From Thermoplasmatota archaeon (lineage in GTDB: Archaea > Thermoplasmatota > E2 > UBA202 > JdFR-43): 64,000 bases of DNA. The notes beneath the pieces are model-generated. The model saw only the letters and a list, made by a program, of their open reading frames with translations. It was not told the DNA's origin and did no database searches. The translations under genes were made by a program, and so were the position numbers. The DNA is taken from NCBI GenBank assembly GCA_029259055.1, contig JAPDJP010000007.1, positions 3,289 to 67,288 of the forward strand, given 5' to 3'. Shown piece after piece: positions 39,823 through 49,125 of this stretch; position 1 is the stretch's first letter, and the number at the start of each line of letters is the position of its first letter.

Positions 39823-40725
39823 TTATCGAATTCTCTCAAATAATCCAGCAATTAACAAAGGAAGTAGAATTGTTGCATCTCCTTCAACTGTAACATGCTT
39901 TGCCCTTTCTTTTAATTTACCCCATGAAATTGCCTCCCTTAACCTTGCTCCTGATAATGAGCCATCCCATTCCACAGCAGATGTAATATAAACAGCCTTA
40001 TCCAAGCCATCGTGAAATTGTGCCCACCAAATCAAATGATGCTTTGAAATGCCACCTCCAATTATAATTCCTCCAATCTTCTCTTTTTTAAAGAAGATCT
40101 CTGCCAATTCATCCTCATCTTTAAACAAATCTATTTTAATTTTATGCAACCATAACTGCCAGCCGACCGCGCCGTCTGTGATAGATGGCACATAAACTGG
40201 TATCTTATTTTTCCATGCCCAATATAAGAAAGCATCTTCGCCTAAATTTTCTCCTAATTTCCATGCTATTTCTCTTGTGCTCATCTTATCCTTTACATTG
40301 CCAAAAATATCCTTCACTTTCTCTTCTATTATTTTTCCATAATTGTCTTGCGGGATGAAAATGTTACCAAGCCTATAAACCCCTCTTTTATGAAGTTCTA
40401 TATCATCTGCATCAAAAGAGCCATGAATATAGTTTTTATAGCTTCTCGCTAAATCGTGGTCGAGACTGCCACAAGTTGTTATTATAGCATCTACAATTCT
40501 TTCTTTTACCATCTCTTTTATAACTCCTCTTGTACCAGTTGCTACTATGCATGCTGGAAATGTTAAAAAAATGAAATAGTCCTCTTTTACCATCTCTTCA
40601 ATAATTTCTAATGCTACTCCTAACTTTTTTGCGGTAAATCCTCCTCCCCTATAAAGTTGTTTTATTAAATCGTCTATATTTCTTATCTCATTTATTTTTA
40701 TATCTTCAACGATTGTATTATTCAT
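39823..40725 (-). CDS. dys: Deoxyhypusine synthase
   Basis: 300 aa. TGTRGVIKEM, ITTCGSLDHD and IIIGGGISKHH motifs of DHS. Confidence 0.9.
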   Translation of the reverse strand: MNNTIVEDIKINEIRNIDDLIKQLYRGGGFTAKKLGVALEIIEEMVKEDYFIFLTFPACIVATGTRGVIKEMVKERIVDAIITTCGSLDHDLARSYKNYIHGSFDADDIELHKRGVYRLGNIFIPQDNYGKIIEEKVKDIFGNVKDKMSTREIAWKLGENLGEDAFLYWAWKNKIPVYVPSITDGAVGWQLWLHKIKIDLFKDEDELAEIFFKKEKIGGIIIGGGISKHHLIWWAQFHDGLDKAVYITSAVEWDGSLSGARLREAISWGKLKERAKHVTVEGDATILLPLLIAGLFERIR

Positions 40726-40948
40726 ATATTATCTGAGAAAATTTAGCACTTCCTATATAAATTTCATGGGTTGGTACGATTTTTATTAATGTGTAATTTA
40801 TGGGTATCGGCGTTAAAAATGATGCATTTCCTTCAACTAATATATAGCCTTTATCATAACCAGGCGCTATTTCACCAGTTATTGTCGTTCCAATAAATAT
40901 TACTCCAAATGTTATTACCGCCGTAAATATTGCAAATAACTTTTTCAT
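40718..40948 (-). CDS. Small secreted/membrane protein (hypothetical)
   Basis: 76 aa with an N-terminal signal/TM (LFAIFTAVITFGVIFIG). Overlaps the dys start by 8 nt, which suggests co-transcription. Confidence 0.35.
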   Translation of the reverse strand: MKKLFAIFTAVITFGVIFIGTTITGEIAPGYDKGYILVEGNASFLTPIPINYTLIKIVPTHEIYIGSAKFSQIIYE

Positions 40949-40980
40949 AAAAATTTAAAACTCGAATCTATATAAAATTT

Positions 40981-41217
40981 GTGATAAAAGTAAAATTATT
41001 TGGCAAACTAAGAGAAAAATTTGGGAACGAAATTTTAATAAATAGAAGAGAGATGATGGTGGAAGAACTTCTAAATCTTCTCATAAAAAGGGACAGCAGT
41101 TTGTCAAATATTAAGAGGCATATTATATTTTCAATAAATCATAGAAGAGCTGTAGAAAAAGAAAAAATAAAAGAGGGAGATACCGTTTCTGTTTTTATAA
41201 CACCTACTGGGGGATAG
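40981..41217 (+). CDS. MoaD/ThiS-family ubiquitin-like small protein ending in Gly-Gly (SAMP-like)
   Basis: 78 aa with a GTG start. Beta-grasp-like pattern (KVKLFGKLRE...EGDTVSVFITPTGG) with a C-terminal GG immediately before the stop. Confidence 0.6.
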   Translation: MIKVKLFGKLREKFGNEILINRREMMVEELLNLLIKRDSSLSNIKRHIIFSINHRRAVEKEKIKEGDTVSVFITPTGG

Positions 41218-41249
41218 AAAGTTTAAATATTCCTTTTTCTATAAACTCC

Positions 41250-42287
41250 ATGCCATTGAAGGAGCTTTTAAAAAAATTATCAAACTCTCATGGAATTTCT
41301 GGATATGAGGATGAAATTAGAGAAATAATAAAGGATGAGCTTCAAAATCATGTTGATGATATTAGAATAGATACTCTAGGAAACATTATCGCGGTTAAGG
41401 AAGGAGAAAGTCCCTCGATAATGCTCTCTGCTCATATGGATGAAATTGGTTTAATGGTAAAGAGCATAGATAAAAACGGTTTTATAAGATTTATAAAATT
41501 GGGAGGATGGTATGACGCTGTTCTTTTAAATAGCAGGGTGGTTCTTCATACTGAAAAGGGAAAAATATATGGAGTAATTGGTTCTAAGCCACCTCATTTA
41601 ATGAAAGATGAAGAGAAAAAGAAGGTTATAAAGGCTGAGGAAATGTTCATTGATATAGGAGCAAGAAATAAGGAAGAAGTAGAAAAAGCTGGGGTGAAAA
41701 TTGGCACCCCAATAACGCTTGATGTTGAAATGAAGGAATTGATAAATGATATAATCACGGGAAAAGCGATAGACAATAGAGCAGGAATAGCTATGATGAT
41801 TGAAGCTATTAAGAATACAAAAAGCGATGCAACAATTTATGCGGTTGGAACGGTGCAAGAGGAAGTGGGTCTAAAAGGAGCAAGAACATCTGCATATGGT
41901 TTAAACCCTGATTTAGCAATTGTATGTGAGGTTGCGGTTGCTGGAGATCATCCAGGTATTAAGGAGGAGGAAAGTATTATAAAGTTGGGAGAAGGGCCAG
42001 TCATAACTGTTGTGGACGCTGGCGGAAGAGGATTAATAACCCAGCAAAAAATTTTGAAATGGCTTACTAAAACTGCAGAAAAGGAAGGTATAAAATATCA
42101 ATTGGAGGTTTCGGAAGGAGGAACTACAGATGCTGCTGTTATTCATATTTCAAAAGCAGGTATACCTTGTGGAGTCATAAGCGTGCCAACAAGATATATG
42201 CATTCTGGTGTAGAAGTTATTAGCTTGAAGGATTTGGAAGATAGCATTAAATTATTGTCAAAAGCTTTAGAAAATGTTATTGAGTAA
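41250..42287 (+). CDS. M42 family metallo-aminopeptidase (TET / FrvX-like)
   Basis: 345 aa. SGYEDEIR, AHMDEIG, DNRAG, VQEEVGLKGA and YMHS blocks typical of M42 TET peptidases. Confidence 0.9.
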   Translation: MPLKELLKKLSNSHGISGYEDEIREIIKDELQNHVDDIRIDTLGNIIAVKEGESPSIMLSAHMDEIGLMVKSIDKNGFIRFIKLGGWYDAVLLNSRVVLHTEKGKIYGVIGSKPPHLMKDEEKKKVIKAEEMFIDIGARNKEEVEKAGVKIGTPITLDVEMKELINDIITGKAIDNRAGIAMMIEAIKNTKSDATIYAVGTVQEEVGLKGARTSAYGLNPDLAIVCEVAVAGDHPGIKEEESIIKLGEGPVITVVDAGGRGLITQQKILKWLTKTAEKEGIKYQLEVSEGGTTDAAVIHISKAGIPCGVISVPTRYMHSGVEVISLKDLEDSIKLLSKALENVIE

Positions 42288-43239
42288 ATAATTCCATCCC
42301 AAATTTATCTTTAGAAGGAGAGTAGCTTCCAACAACTCTTAAATTCTTTATCTTAACTCCGAATTTTTTTATTTCTTCCAATCTTTCCTCAATTTTTTTC
42401 CGGTCTATTATTTCATAATAATGTAGAATCTTTCCCTTTTTTATTGCTACTGGAAGAAATTCAAAGCTTTTATGGGGTAGGTTCATTATGATGTGATGAG
42501 CATTTGGTAAGTTTGGCAAAACTTCTTTAGCATCCCCTTCTATTACTTCTATATTGTTTATTTTGTTTATCCTAACATTTTCTTTTGCGTATTTAATGGC
42601 ATATGGATTCTTATCTATTGCATAAATTTTCTTGGGCTTTGAATATTTTGCAATAAGTAAGCTAAAAGGAGCTACCCCCGCAAACATATCAATAACAATT
42701 TCATTTTCCTTTACTTGTTTGGCAACCCTCATTCTCTCTGCAGATAAACGGGGAGAAAAATATACTTTCGAAATATCTAATTTTATTTTTATTCCATATT
42801 CAATATGCATTGTTTCTGTTCTATTTTCACCAGCAATTATTTCAATATTTCTTATTCTGAAATCTTCTTTGACCCCCCTATCAAGACAAACTACTTTTAC
42901 ATGTTCATTTGCTTCCATTATAGCATCTGCAACATCCTCTGCATATCTTTCATCTTTTAACTTTATCAAAGCGATATCCCCAATAATATCTATTGCTATC
43001 GATTCTATTTTTATTCCTTTTTTTAATAAAATATCTTCATAACTTTTTCTCTCAATTTCTTCAAAATCTTCTTCCAATATTTTGCATCCCTCTATCTCGA
43101 TTTTTTCTTTTATTGGAAAATAAACATATTCAATATCTCTTTTTACTTTTAGGTTTTTGATTAACAGATTCTTTTTAATAAGTTTTTTCCTTATTTCTTC
43201 TGCAATTTTTTTAGGCACTGCCACACATAAGCATCTCAT
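42277..43239 (-). CDS. trm5: tRNA (guanine37-N1)-methyltransferase Trm5 (Met-10+ like; possibly Trm5b/Taw22)
   Basis: 320 aa. SAM motif VIDMFAGVAPFSL, IYAIDKNP and IIMNLPH blocks. Confidence 0.85.
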   Translation of the reverse strand: MRCLCVAVPKKIAEEIRKKLIKKNLLIKNLKVKRDIEYVYFPIKEKIEIEGCKILEEDFEEIERKSYEDILLKKGIKIESIAIDIIGDIALIKLKDERYAEDVADAIMEANEHVKVVCLDRGVKEDFRIRNIEIIAGENRTETMHIEYGIKIKLDISKVYFSPRLSAERMRVAKQVKENEIVIDMFAGVAPFSLLIAKYSKPKKIYAIDKNPYAIKYAKENVRINKINNIEVIEGDAKEVLPNLPNAHHIIMNLPHKSFEFLPVAIKKGKILHYYEIIDRKKIEERLEEIKKFGVKIKNLRVVGSYSPSKDKFGMELFTQ

Positions 43240-43271
43240 AATTGTTTAATATCTTATGCCAATATATATCC

Positions 43272-44060
43272 ATGCTATTATTCATTGGCTTAGGTTTATG
43301 GGATGAAAAAGATATCTCAGTAAAAGGACTTGAAGAGGCAAAAAATTGTGATATTCTTTATGCAGAGTTTTATACCAGTAAAATGGGAGTGGATACAAAA
43401 AAATTGGAGAAACAACTCGGTAAAAAAATTATTGTGCTTGATAGAGAAAATGCGGAAAAAGGAGACAAGATAATAAATGATGCGAAAAATAAAAAAGTAG
43501 GTTTTCTTGTAGCTGGTGACCCCATGACGGCAACAACTCATATTTCATTAAGAATAAAGGCAATTGAAGAAGGAATAAAAACAAAAATTATTCATGGAGC
43601 AAGTATAATAACCGCCTCAGCAGGATTATTGGGGCTACAAATATACAAATTTGGAAGAATCGTTAGTATTGCTCGCCCATATAAAGATTATTTTCCTCTT
43701 TCTCCGTATGATTCAATAAAAAGTAATATGAAAATGGGTCTACACACTTTACTTCTTTTGGATACTGAGGACCACATGACAGCAAATGAAGGTATGCAAA
43801 TTCTATTAGAAATGGAAAAGAGAAAAAAGGAGGGTATAATAAGTGAGGACACTTTAATTGCGGTTGTGGCTAGAGCATCTTCTGATGATGCTGTAGCGAG
43901 GGCTGGTTATCTAAAAGATTTAATAAAAGAAGATTTTGGGGAAACACCCCATTCGATAGTAATACCTGCTAAATTACATTTTATGGAAGCAAAAGCTTTG
44001 GTAACGATTGCAAATGCGCCAAAAGAAATTTTAAGGGAAGAGGGAAGATTAGAGGGTTGA
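43272..44060 (+). CDS. dphB: Diphthine synthase
   Basis: MLLFIGLGLWDEKDISVKGLE start (ATG 43272), VGFLVAGDPMTATTH, and tetrapyrrole-methylase-fold blocks. The ORF track begins at 43242. Confidence 0.9.
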   Translation: MLLFIGLGLWDEKDISVKGLEEAKNCDILYAEFYTSKMGVDTKKLEKQLGKKIIVLDRENAEKGDKIINDAKNKKVGFLVAGDPMTATTHISLRIKAIEEGIKTKIIHGASIITASAGLLGLQIYKFGRIVSIARPYKDYFPLSPYDSIKSNMKMGLHTLLLLDTEDHMTANEGMQILLEMEKRKKEGIISEDTLIAVVARASSDDAVARAGYLKDLIKEDFGETPHSIVIPAKLHFMEAKALVTIANAPKEILREEGRLEG

Positions 44061-47000
44061 ATCGATGGGTGTTGGTTCTGTCCAGTGAGCAGGACTATAT
44101 ACTATAAGTGTTGGGTCTCCGTATATTACCATTTGAGAATCCATATGGATGGAGCATCTTCCATATATTGATGTTGGGTCTCTTGTTGTATAGTCTCTAT
44201 CTATCCTCCATAAATCTTTTCCTAATGCAGCACCTATTGGCATTCCATAATATAAGGCGTTTTTGAAGAACATCAAATCGAGAATTTCATTTGGTGGGCT
44301 TGAACCAGTATTTGCATTACCATATGCTGCGACAGCCCCATGCTCCAAGTATATTTCTGGACCAAAATGAGCAAAGGTTGTACAACTCATCCAGCATATA
44401 AAGGAACTATGTAAATTCTCCCAAAGCATATCACACCACTTAAAGTGTATTATATCATACTGATATGGTGGCTCTGGATCATACCATGTAAATCCTCCTG
44501 TTCTCGGTGTTGCTCCCGCCCAATATGAATAACCACGCCATCCGTCCATTCCTATGCCTCCCCATACTGGGTGAGCTGATACGCCGCTTCCCCCCGTTCC
44601 GTGTCCAGTGTAATAATAAACGGATGCTCCATTATTCTGTTCAACAAGCAAATTATCCCATACACAATGTCCTCTATACTCTCTTCCGTATGCTCTGAAA
44701 TATACTAAATTTTCTCTTGTTGTATAGGTTGAATATCTCTTTCCATCATTTCCTCCCCACTGCCTTCCATCCTGATAATTCATAAATGATGTTGTCGTAT
44801 ATTCTTTATGTGGATTAGCAAATATTAATGCTGGATATAAAACGCTTCTTGCAATATAAGCAGCCATTTCTGCTGGTGTTTTTCCAATAAATTGTCCAGC
44901 CATCGATTCATTTCCTATTAAAGGATGGGTTACTGTAAATCTTATGTCTTTCTTTGGCGCAACTATTCCATATGCCTCCATTACTCCATCAATATTTATT
45001 CCTAAACTTCTTACATAGCTGTAAATATAGTCAACTATCCTACCCATCCATCTTAAATCAGCATCTAAGCCAATTGGTGGAAGTTCTCCTTCTTTTATAT
45101 AATCAAAGATTGGTTTACTGGCCATGGCTAAATGTCCTATTGAACGACATCCATGATAATAATCTCCTGCATAGAACATCCATTGATGCGCTATGTTTGC
45201 CCAGTGATATGCTCTGCCCATTTCTCCTATCCTTAGCACCGGCGAACCATGATACGCTGCCAAATATGCAGCGGGAGCAAAATAACCGTCTCCAGTAGCA
45301 AATGAAGTAATTGTAATGTAATTTTCTACGCTTAATTCCTTTATTTTACTGACCAAATCTTTCATTGTTGTTATCCTTTCCATGCTGTATTTGGCGGAAA
45401 TGCTGTTTGCAACGTCATCATTTCCTGCCAAATCAACAAATATTACTTTACTCACTCCTAAGCTATTTAGAGCATTTACAGTTTCATCTGGCAAGCCATC
45501 CTCACTGGCATACAATAATGGAATATGCTTCAATGAAGCAATTACTGCTCCATTTGCAGCGGATAAACCATATGCCATTCTATTTGGATTGTATTCTCTA
45601 ATTTCTGCCTTTATTCTGTATCTTATTTTTCCTGTCATTTCTTCTCTTGGAACAACTATTACTGTCCATCTTCCTTTCATTGGATGATGCACTTCTGCTG
45701 TAAAGCTTGTATGTGGTTCAACAATTAAATGGCTATAGTTATATTCATCTCCAACTGTTTTGTTTCCATTCCATTGATGAATTGGTTTTATTGGCGCTCC
45801 ATTCCATGAAGGAATATCTGGTGCGATTATATTTCCTAATGGATCTACTAAATAAACCCATAGATAACTTGGCTCATCTGTTTCAATAGTTACTTTTAAT
45901 GTCGAATCTTCGTTATTGATTGGAATCTTATAGCGATGGCATGAAAATAGTTCTATATGCATCTTCCAGCTTCCTTTTGATGCAGCAGTTGCAATCCATA
46001 AGCCAGGCAATGTGACTGGGTGGAAAATATCTATTCTGTCTTCATTATATGGCCACCAATCTGTTGCCGCAACTCTATATTTTGGGTCTATAAGTTCTAT
46101 ATTAATATTTCTTCCATGAACATCCAGTAAATTGTATTTTATTGCCCCCCATCTTCTCCCAACAAAGAATGGATAAGCAAGCTGACCTTCCAGTTCTTTC
46201 AATTTCGGACTGTCTCCCCTCACTTCTATAACTTTCTTCTTTATTTTTAATGTTGCTTCTTTAGAAAGAACTTCTTTAGTTTCATCTTTTACATTACTTC
46301 CATCTACCACAACAACAGCTTCATCACTGCTTCCCCATTTCTTTGCTAAATTTGCCGCAGCTTTAATAGGCTCATCTTCCAGTTTATATACCTTTGCTGT
46401 TTTGCCAAAATGGCTCAAATATTCATTCCAGTCCTCCAGCAAATAATTTGTTGTATCATCTACTGTTCCATACCAGTTTGTTATTGTATCATCTCCTTCA
46501 TATACAATTGGAGAAACATATCTTCTTCCATTTTCTAAATAATTTGCTGCTGGTATAGCTGCTATATAAGAATATTCATCTTTATTGCTATTTGCATCAT
46601 TACTTACAACAAAAGTTTGTGCTATTGGAACAATGTCAGGCTGTTCTATTATTGGGGGAGGAGATGCTTCTCCTCCAATGCTTAACTCCAGTTCATATGC
46701 TCCAGAACCATATTTATAGTATGGAACTGGATATTCATCCCATTTATCATCCCATCCTGGAAACATATCGATTTTTATCTTCCATGTTCCACTCACATCT
46801 GCAGGATATTCTATATAATCATCTCCATAGTATGTTCCCTGATGAACCAATTTTCCTGAAGGATTATAAAGCCATATGTTATAATCGCTTTGTAAAGGAC
46901 TTTCAAGTTTTATTTTGATGGCTTCTCCGGCTTGGACACTGAATTCATAGCAATCTACCCGATCATTATAATCCATGAATCCTGAATATTTTCCTGGGCT

Positions 47001-47822
47001 AATTCTCATTGCAACAGATATATCATTTCCTGCGTCTCCTCCACTTCCTGCATCATTTTGACCAAGCAATTTTATGTCCATTCTATATGTTCCTTCTCCA
47101 GCTCCTTCCTTTGCAAATATTCTTAAGTAATAATTTCCTGTTTCATCTGCCACATAAGAAATAGTTTCTGTAGCTGTGCCAGAATTTGTTGAATTTGCTA
47201 TTGCTTCTCCTTTAACATTACATAACTGCACGTCAAAATCTTGTGTTGGATATATTGCTATACTTATAGTTTGTCCTTCACATGCAGAAAATATGTACCA
47301 ATCTTCCGTATCGCTTGGAGGGGATAGCATTCCAGTATTTCCTCTTCCTGGGGTATCATCTAATGGCTCATTTGGAAATATGGCAAACGATTTTAAGATG
47401 GAATTTCCAGCATCTCCTGAATAACCAGCATCATTTTGTGGAGCCAATATATTCAAAGTGATTTTATATTCTGCATCTCCTCTCATTGAAACTACTTCAG
47501 CATACCAGTATCCTGTTTCATCTGCCTTATAAAATATTCTTTCAAAATTTTCTCTACAAGAAAATGCTACTCCTTGCCTCTCCGGATTGTATAAGTATAA
47601 ATCTACATCATTGTCTGCATATACTTCTATAATCATTTCAATGTTTCTGGCAACATAGAATTTATAGACATCTTTTATATCATTAATACCTACTTTTCCA
47701 GTAGCTTCTCCTTTCAGAAGTATTGCATGGTCAAAATCATTGTTTGGTTCATTATCATCTGCTATAACCATTGCGGGTAAAATCATTATTGCTCCAATTA
47801 CAAATACAATTTCCTTTTTCAT
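44049..47822 (-). CDS. Giant secreted protein: N-terminal PPC (pre-peptidase C-terminal)-like domains + C-terminal clan CD / C25 (gingipain-like) putative cysteine peptidase domain
   Basis: 1257 aa with a signal peptide. Three modules with (E/Q)(P/N)NDxxxxA...D(x)YxF (EPNNDFDHA..DVYKFYV; QNDAGYSGDAGNS..EDWYIFSA; QNDAGSGGDAGND..VDCYEFSV). C-terminal YYYTGHGTGGSG (His codon 44601-44603), WMSCTT (Cys codon 44382-44384) and a terminal YGDPTL. Confidence 0.6.
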   Translation of the reverse strand: MKKEIVFVIGAIMILPAMVIADDNEPNNDFDHAILLKGEATGKVGINDIKDVYKFYVARNIEMIIEVYADNDVDLYLYNPERQGVAFSCRENFERIFYKADETGYWYAEVVSMRGDAEYKITLNILAPQNDAGYSGDAGNSILKSFAIFPNEPLDDTPGRGNTGMLSPPSDTEDWYIFSACEGQTISIAIYPTQDFDVQLCNVKGEAIANSTNSGTATETISYVADETGNYYLRIFAKEGAGEGTYRMDIKLLGQNDAGSGGDAGNDISVAMRISPGKYSGFMDYNDRVDCYEFSVQAGEAIKIKLESPLQSDYNIWLYNPSGKLVHQGTYYGDDYIEYPADVSGTWKIKIDMFPGWDDKWDEYPVPYYKYGSGAYELELSIGGEASPPPIIEQPDIVPIAQTFVVSNDANSNKDEYSYIAAIPAANYLENGRRYVSPIVYEGDDTITNWYGTVDDTTNYLLEDWNEYLSHFGKTAKVYKLEDEPIKAAANLAKKWGSSDEAVVVVDGSNVKDETKEVLSKEATLKIKKKVIEVRGDSPKLKELEGQLAYPFFVGRRWGAIKYNLLDVHGRNINIELIDPKYRVAATDWWPYNEDRIDIFHPVTLPGLWIATAASKGSWKMHIELFSCHRYKIPINNEDSTLKVTIETDEPSYLWVYLVDPLGNIIAPDIPSWNGAPIKPIHQWNGNKTVGDEYNYSHLIVEPHTSFTAEVHHPMKGRWTVIVVPREEMTGKIRYRIKAEIREYNPNRMAYGLSAANGAVIASLKHIPLLYASEDGLPDETVNALNSLGVSKVIFVDLAGNDDVANSISAKYSMERITTMKDLVSKIKELSVENYITITSFATGDGYFAPAAYLAAYHGSPVLRIGEMGRAYHWANIAHQWMFYAGDYYHGCRSIGHLAMASKPIFDYIKEGELPPIGLDADLRWMGRIVDYIYSYVRSLGINIDGVMEAYGIVAPKKDIRFTVTHPLIGNESMAGQFIGKTPAEMAAYIARSVLYPALIFANPHKEYTTTSFMNYQDGRQWGGNDGKRYSTYTTRENLVYFRAYGREYRGHCVWDNLLVEQNNGASVYYYTGHGTGGSGVSAHPVWGGIGMDGWRGYSYWAGATPRTGGFTWYDPEPPYQYDIIHFKWCDMLWENLHSSFICWMSCTTFAHFGPEIYLEHGAVAAYGNANTGSSPPNEILDLMFFKNALYYGMPIGAALGKDLWRIDRDYTTRDPTSIYGRCSIHMDSQMVIYGDPTLIVYSPAHWTEPTPIDSTL

Positions 47823-47865
47823 TTTCTGCCTCCAAAAATAAAAAAGGAAAGGTTTATAACTTTTG

Positions 47866-48759
47866 TCATAGAAAAGTAGAAATTATTGCAAAAAGTAATG
47901 GGTATCTCGTCATCGAAAACCATAAAGGCATTTTTTTAGCATATTTCTTTGTTTCTATCATTAAATTTCTGGATTTCGATAACTTGTAAATATCATATGA
48001 TGAAAAGGATAGAGCGAAGGAAAAGATTAAAAGAAATATGAGCAGAAGAAAGTTATTAAAAAAAGTTATAAAAGGATAGAGACATAGAAAGCCCAATAAA
48101 GAAAATAAGAAAGCTATCCTAATTGTATTTCTTAATCCAAATACATGAGCCCATGTTTTTATACCTTCCTTTCGATCCTCTTCATAATCCTCGCAAGTAT
48201 TTATTAAAACAAATCCTTCATTCATAAAAGCATAACCAATTACAAAAATTATTAAATATAAAGGGAAATCATTTCTTATCAAAAACCATCCTCCAAGTAT
48301 TGGGAGCATATATAGACCAATTAAAACAGGAAGTGGACTAGCTATTCCCCTCGCTTTTATGCGGAGGGGCGGGGCGGAATAGGCGTAGCCTAGAAATAGG
48401 CCAAGTAAAGCCAAAAAAGATGTTATTATGAAATCTTTCATTAAGAAATAAAAAATTAGTAAGAGGGCAAGCAATGTTTCTGCTATGATGATTTTTTTAA
48501 CTCTTCTTATTCCAATTTCTTCTATTGCTTTGGCAAGCTCTATTTTGTAATGTTTGTCAACATCTACATCATAAAAACAATTTATGTTACTTGCAAAAGT
48601 AGTTAACAATATACTCAAAAATATATAAATTAGAAAATCAATGAGATTGATAGAATTTATTTTGAATGCCAAAAAAATACCGAGCATTGAATTGGATAAG
48701 GTAGCAATTTGTATTTTAGCCCTGCTTATGGTAAAAAAGTTTTTTATGAGTTTATTCAT
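47866..48759 (-). CDS. UbiA-family prenyltransferase (substrate unknown)
   Basis: 297 aa, about 8 TM helices. First Asp-rich motif NCFYDVDVD (NxxxDxxxD) and second motif EDYEEDRKEG (DxxxD). Confidence 0.75.
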   Translation of the reverse strand: MNKLIKNFFTISRAKIQIATLSNSMLGIFLAFKINSINLIDFLIYIFLSILLTTFASNINCFYDVDVDKHYKIELAKAIEEIGIRRVKKIIIAETLLALLLIFYFLMKDFIITSFLALLGLFLGYAYSAPPLRIKARGIASPLPVLIGLYMLPILGGWFLIRNDFPLYLIIFVIGYAFMNEGFVLINTCEDYEEDRKEGIKTWAHVFGLRNTIRIAFLFSLLGFLCLYPFITFFNNFLLLIFLLIFSFALSFSSYDIYKLSKSRNLMIETKKYAKKMPLWFSMTRYPLLFAIISTFL

Positions 48760-48792
48760 TGATGGATATAAAAAATTGTTATAAAACTTATA

Positions 48793-49023
48793 CTATTGGA
48801 TTCTTTCAACCATAATTTTTTTTGCCATTCCCCTCCCTATTGTTGTTTCTCTTCCTTCTATAGAAATAACTAAAGGCCCCATTAAAGGATGCTTTGCAAC
48901 GATCTCTACAATTTTTCCTTCTCTTATGCCCCTCGTCCTTAAATTTCTCTGAAATCCGTAGCCTCCCTCAATTTTAATAATTTTTGCTTTTTCTCCTTCC
49001 TTTATCTCTGCTAAGGAAATCAT
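48793..49023 (-). CDS. FeoA-domain small protein
   Basis: 76 aa. LAEIKEGEKAKIIKIEGG...RGIREGKIVEIV...ISIEGRETTIGRGMAKKIMV is a typical FeoA/DtxR-SH3-like domain. No feoB in the window. Confidence 0.7.
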   Translation of the reverse strand: MISLAEIKEGEKAKIIKIEGGYGFQRNLRTRGIREGKIVEIVAKHPLMGPLVISIEGRETTIGRGMAKKIMVERIQ

Positions 49024-49125
49024 TCCATTAGAGAATTATATTCCAATTTAAATAGTTTAAAAATGGAATAAAAAATGAACGAAATTATTATAGGCAAAAA
49101 ATACATAACATTAAGAGGGATAAAA

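Noticed and set aside
47866-48759. Calling the UbiA-family gene the archaeal lipid enzyme DGGGP synthase.
   Set aside because: The Asp-rich motifs prove only superfamily membership. I cannot distinguish DGGGPS from other UbiA subfamilies by eye, so the substrate is left open.
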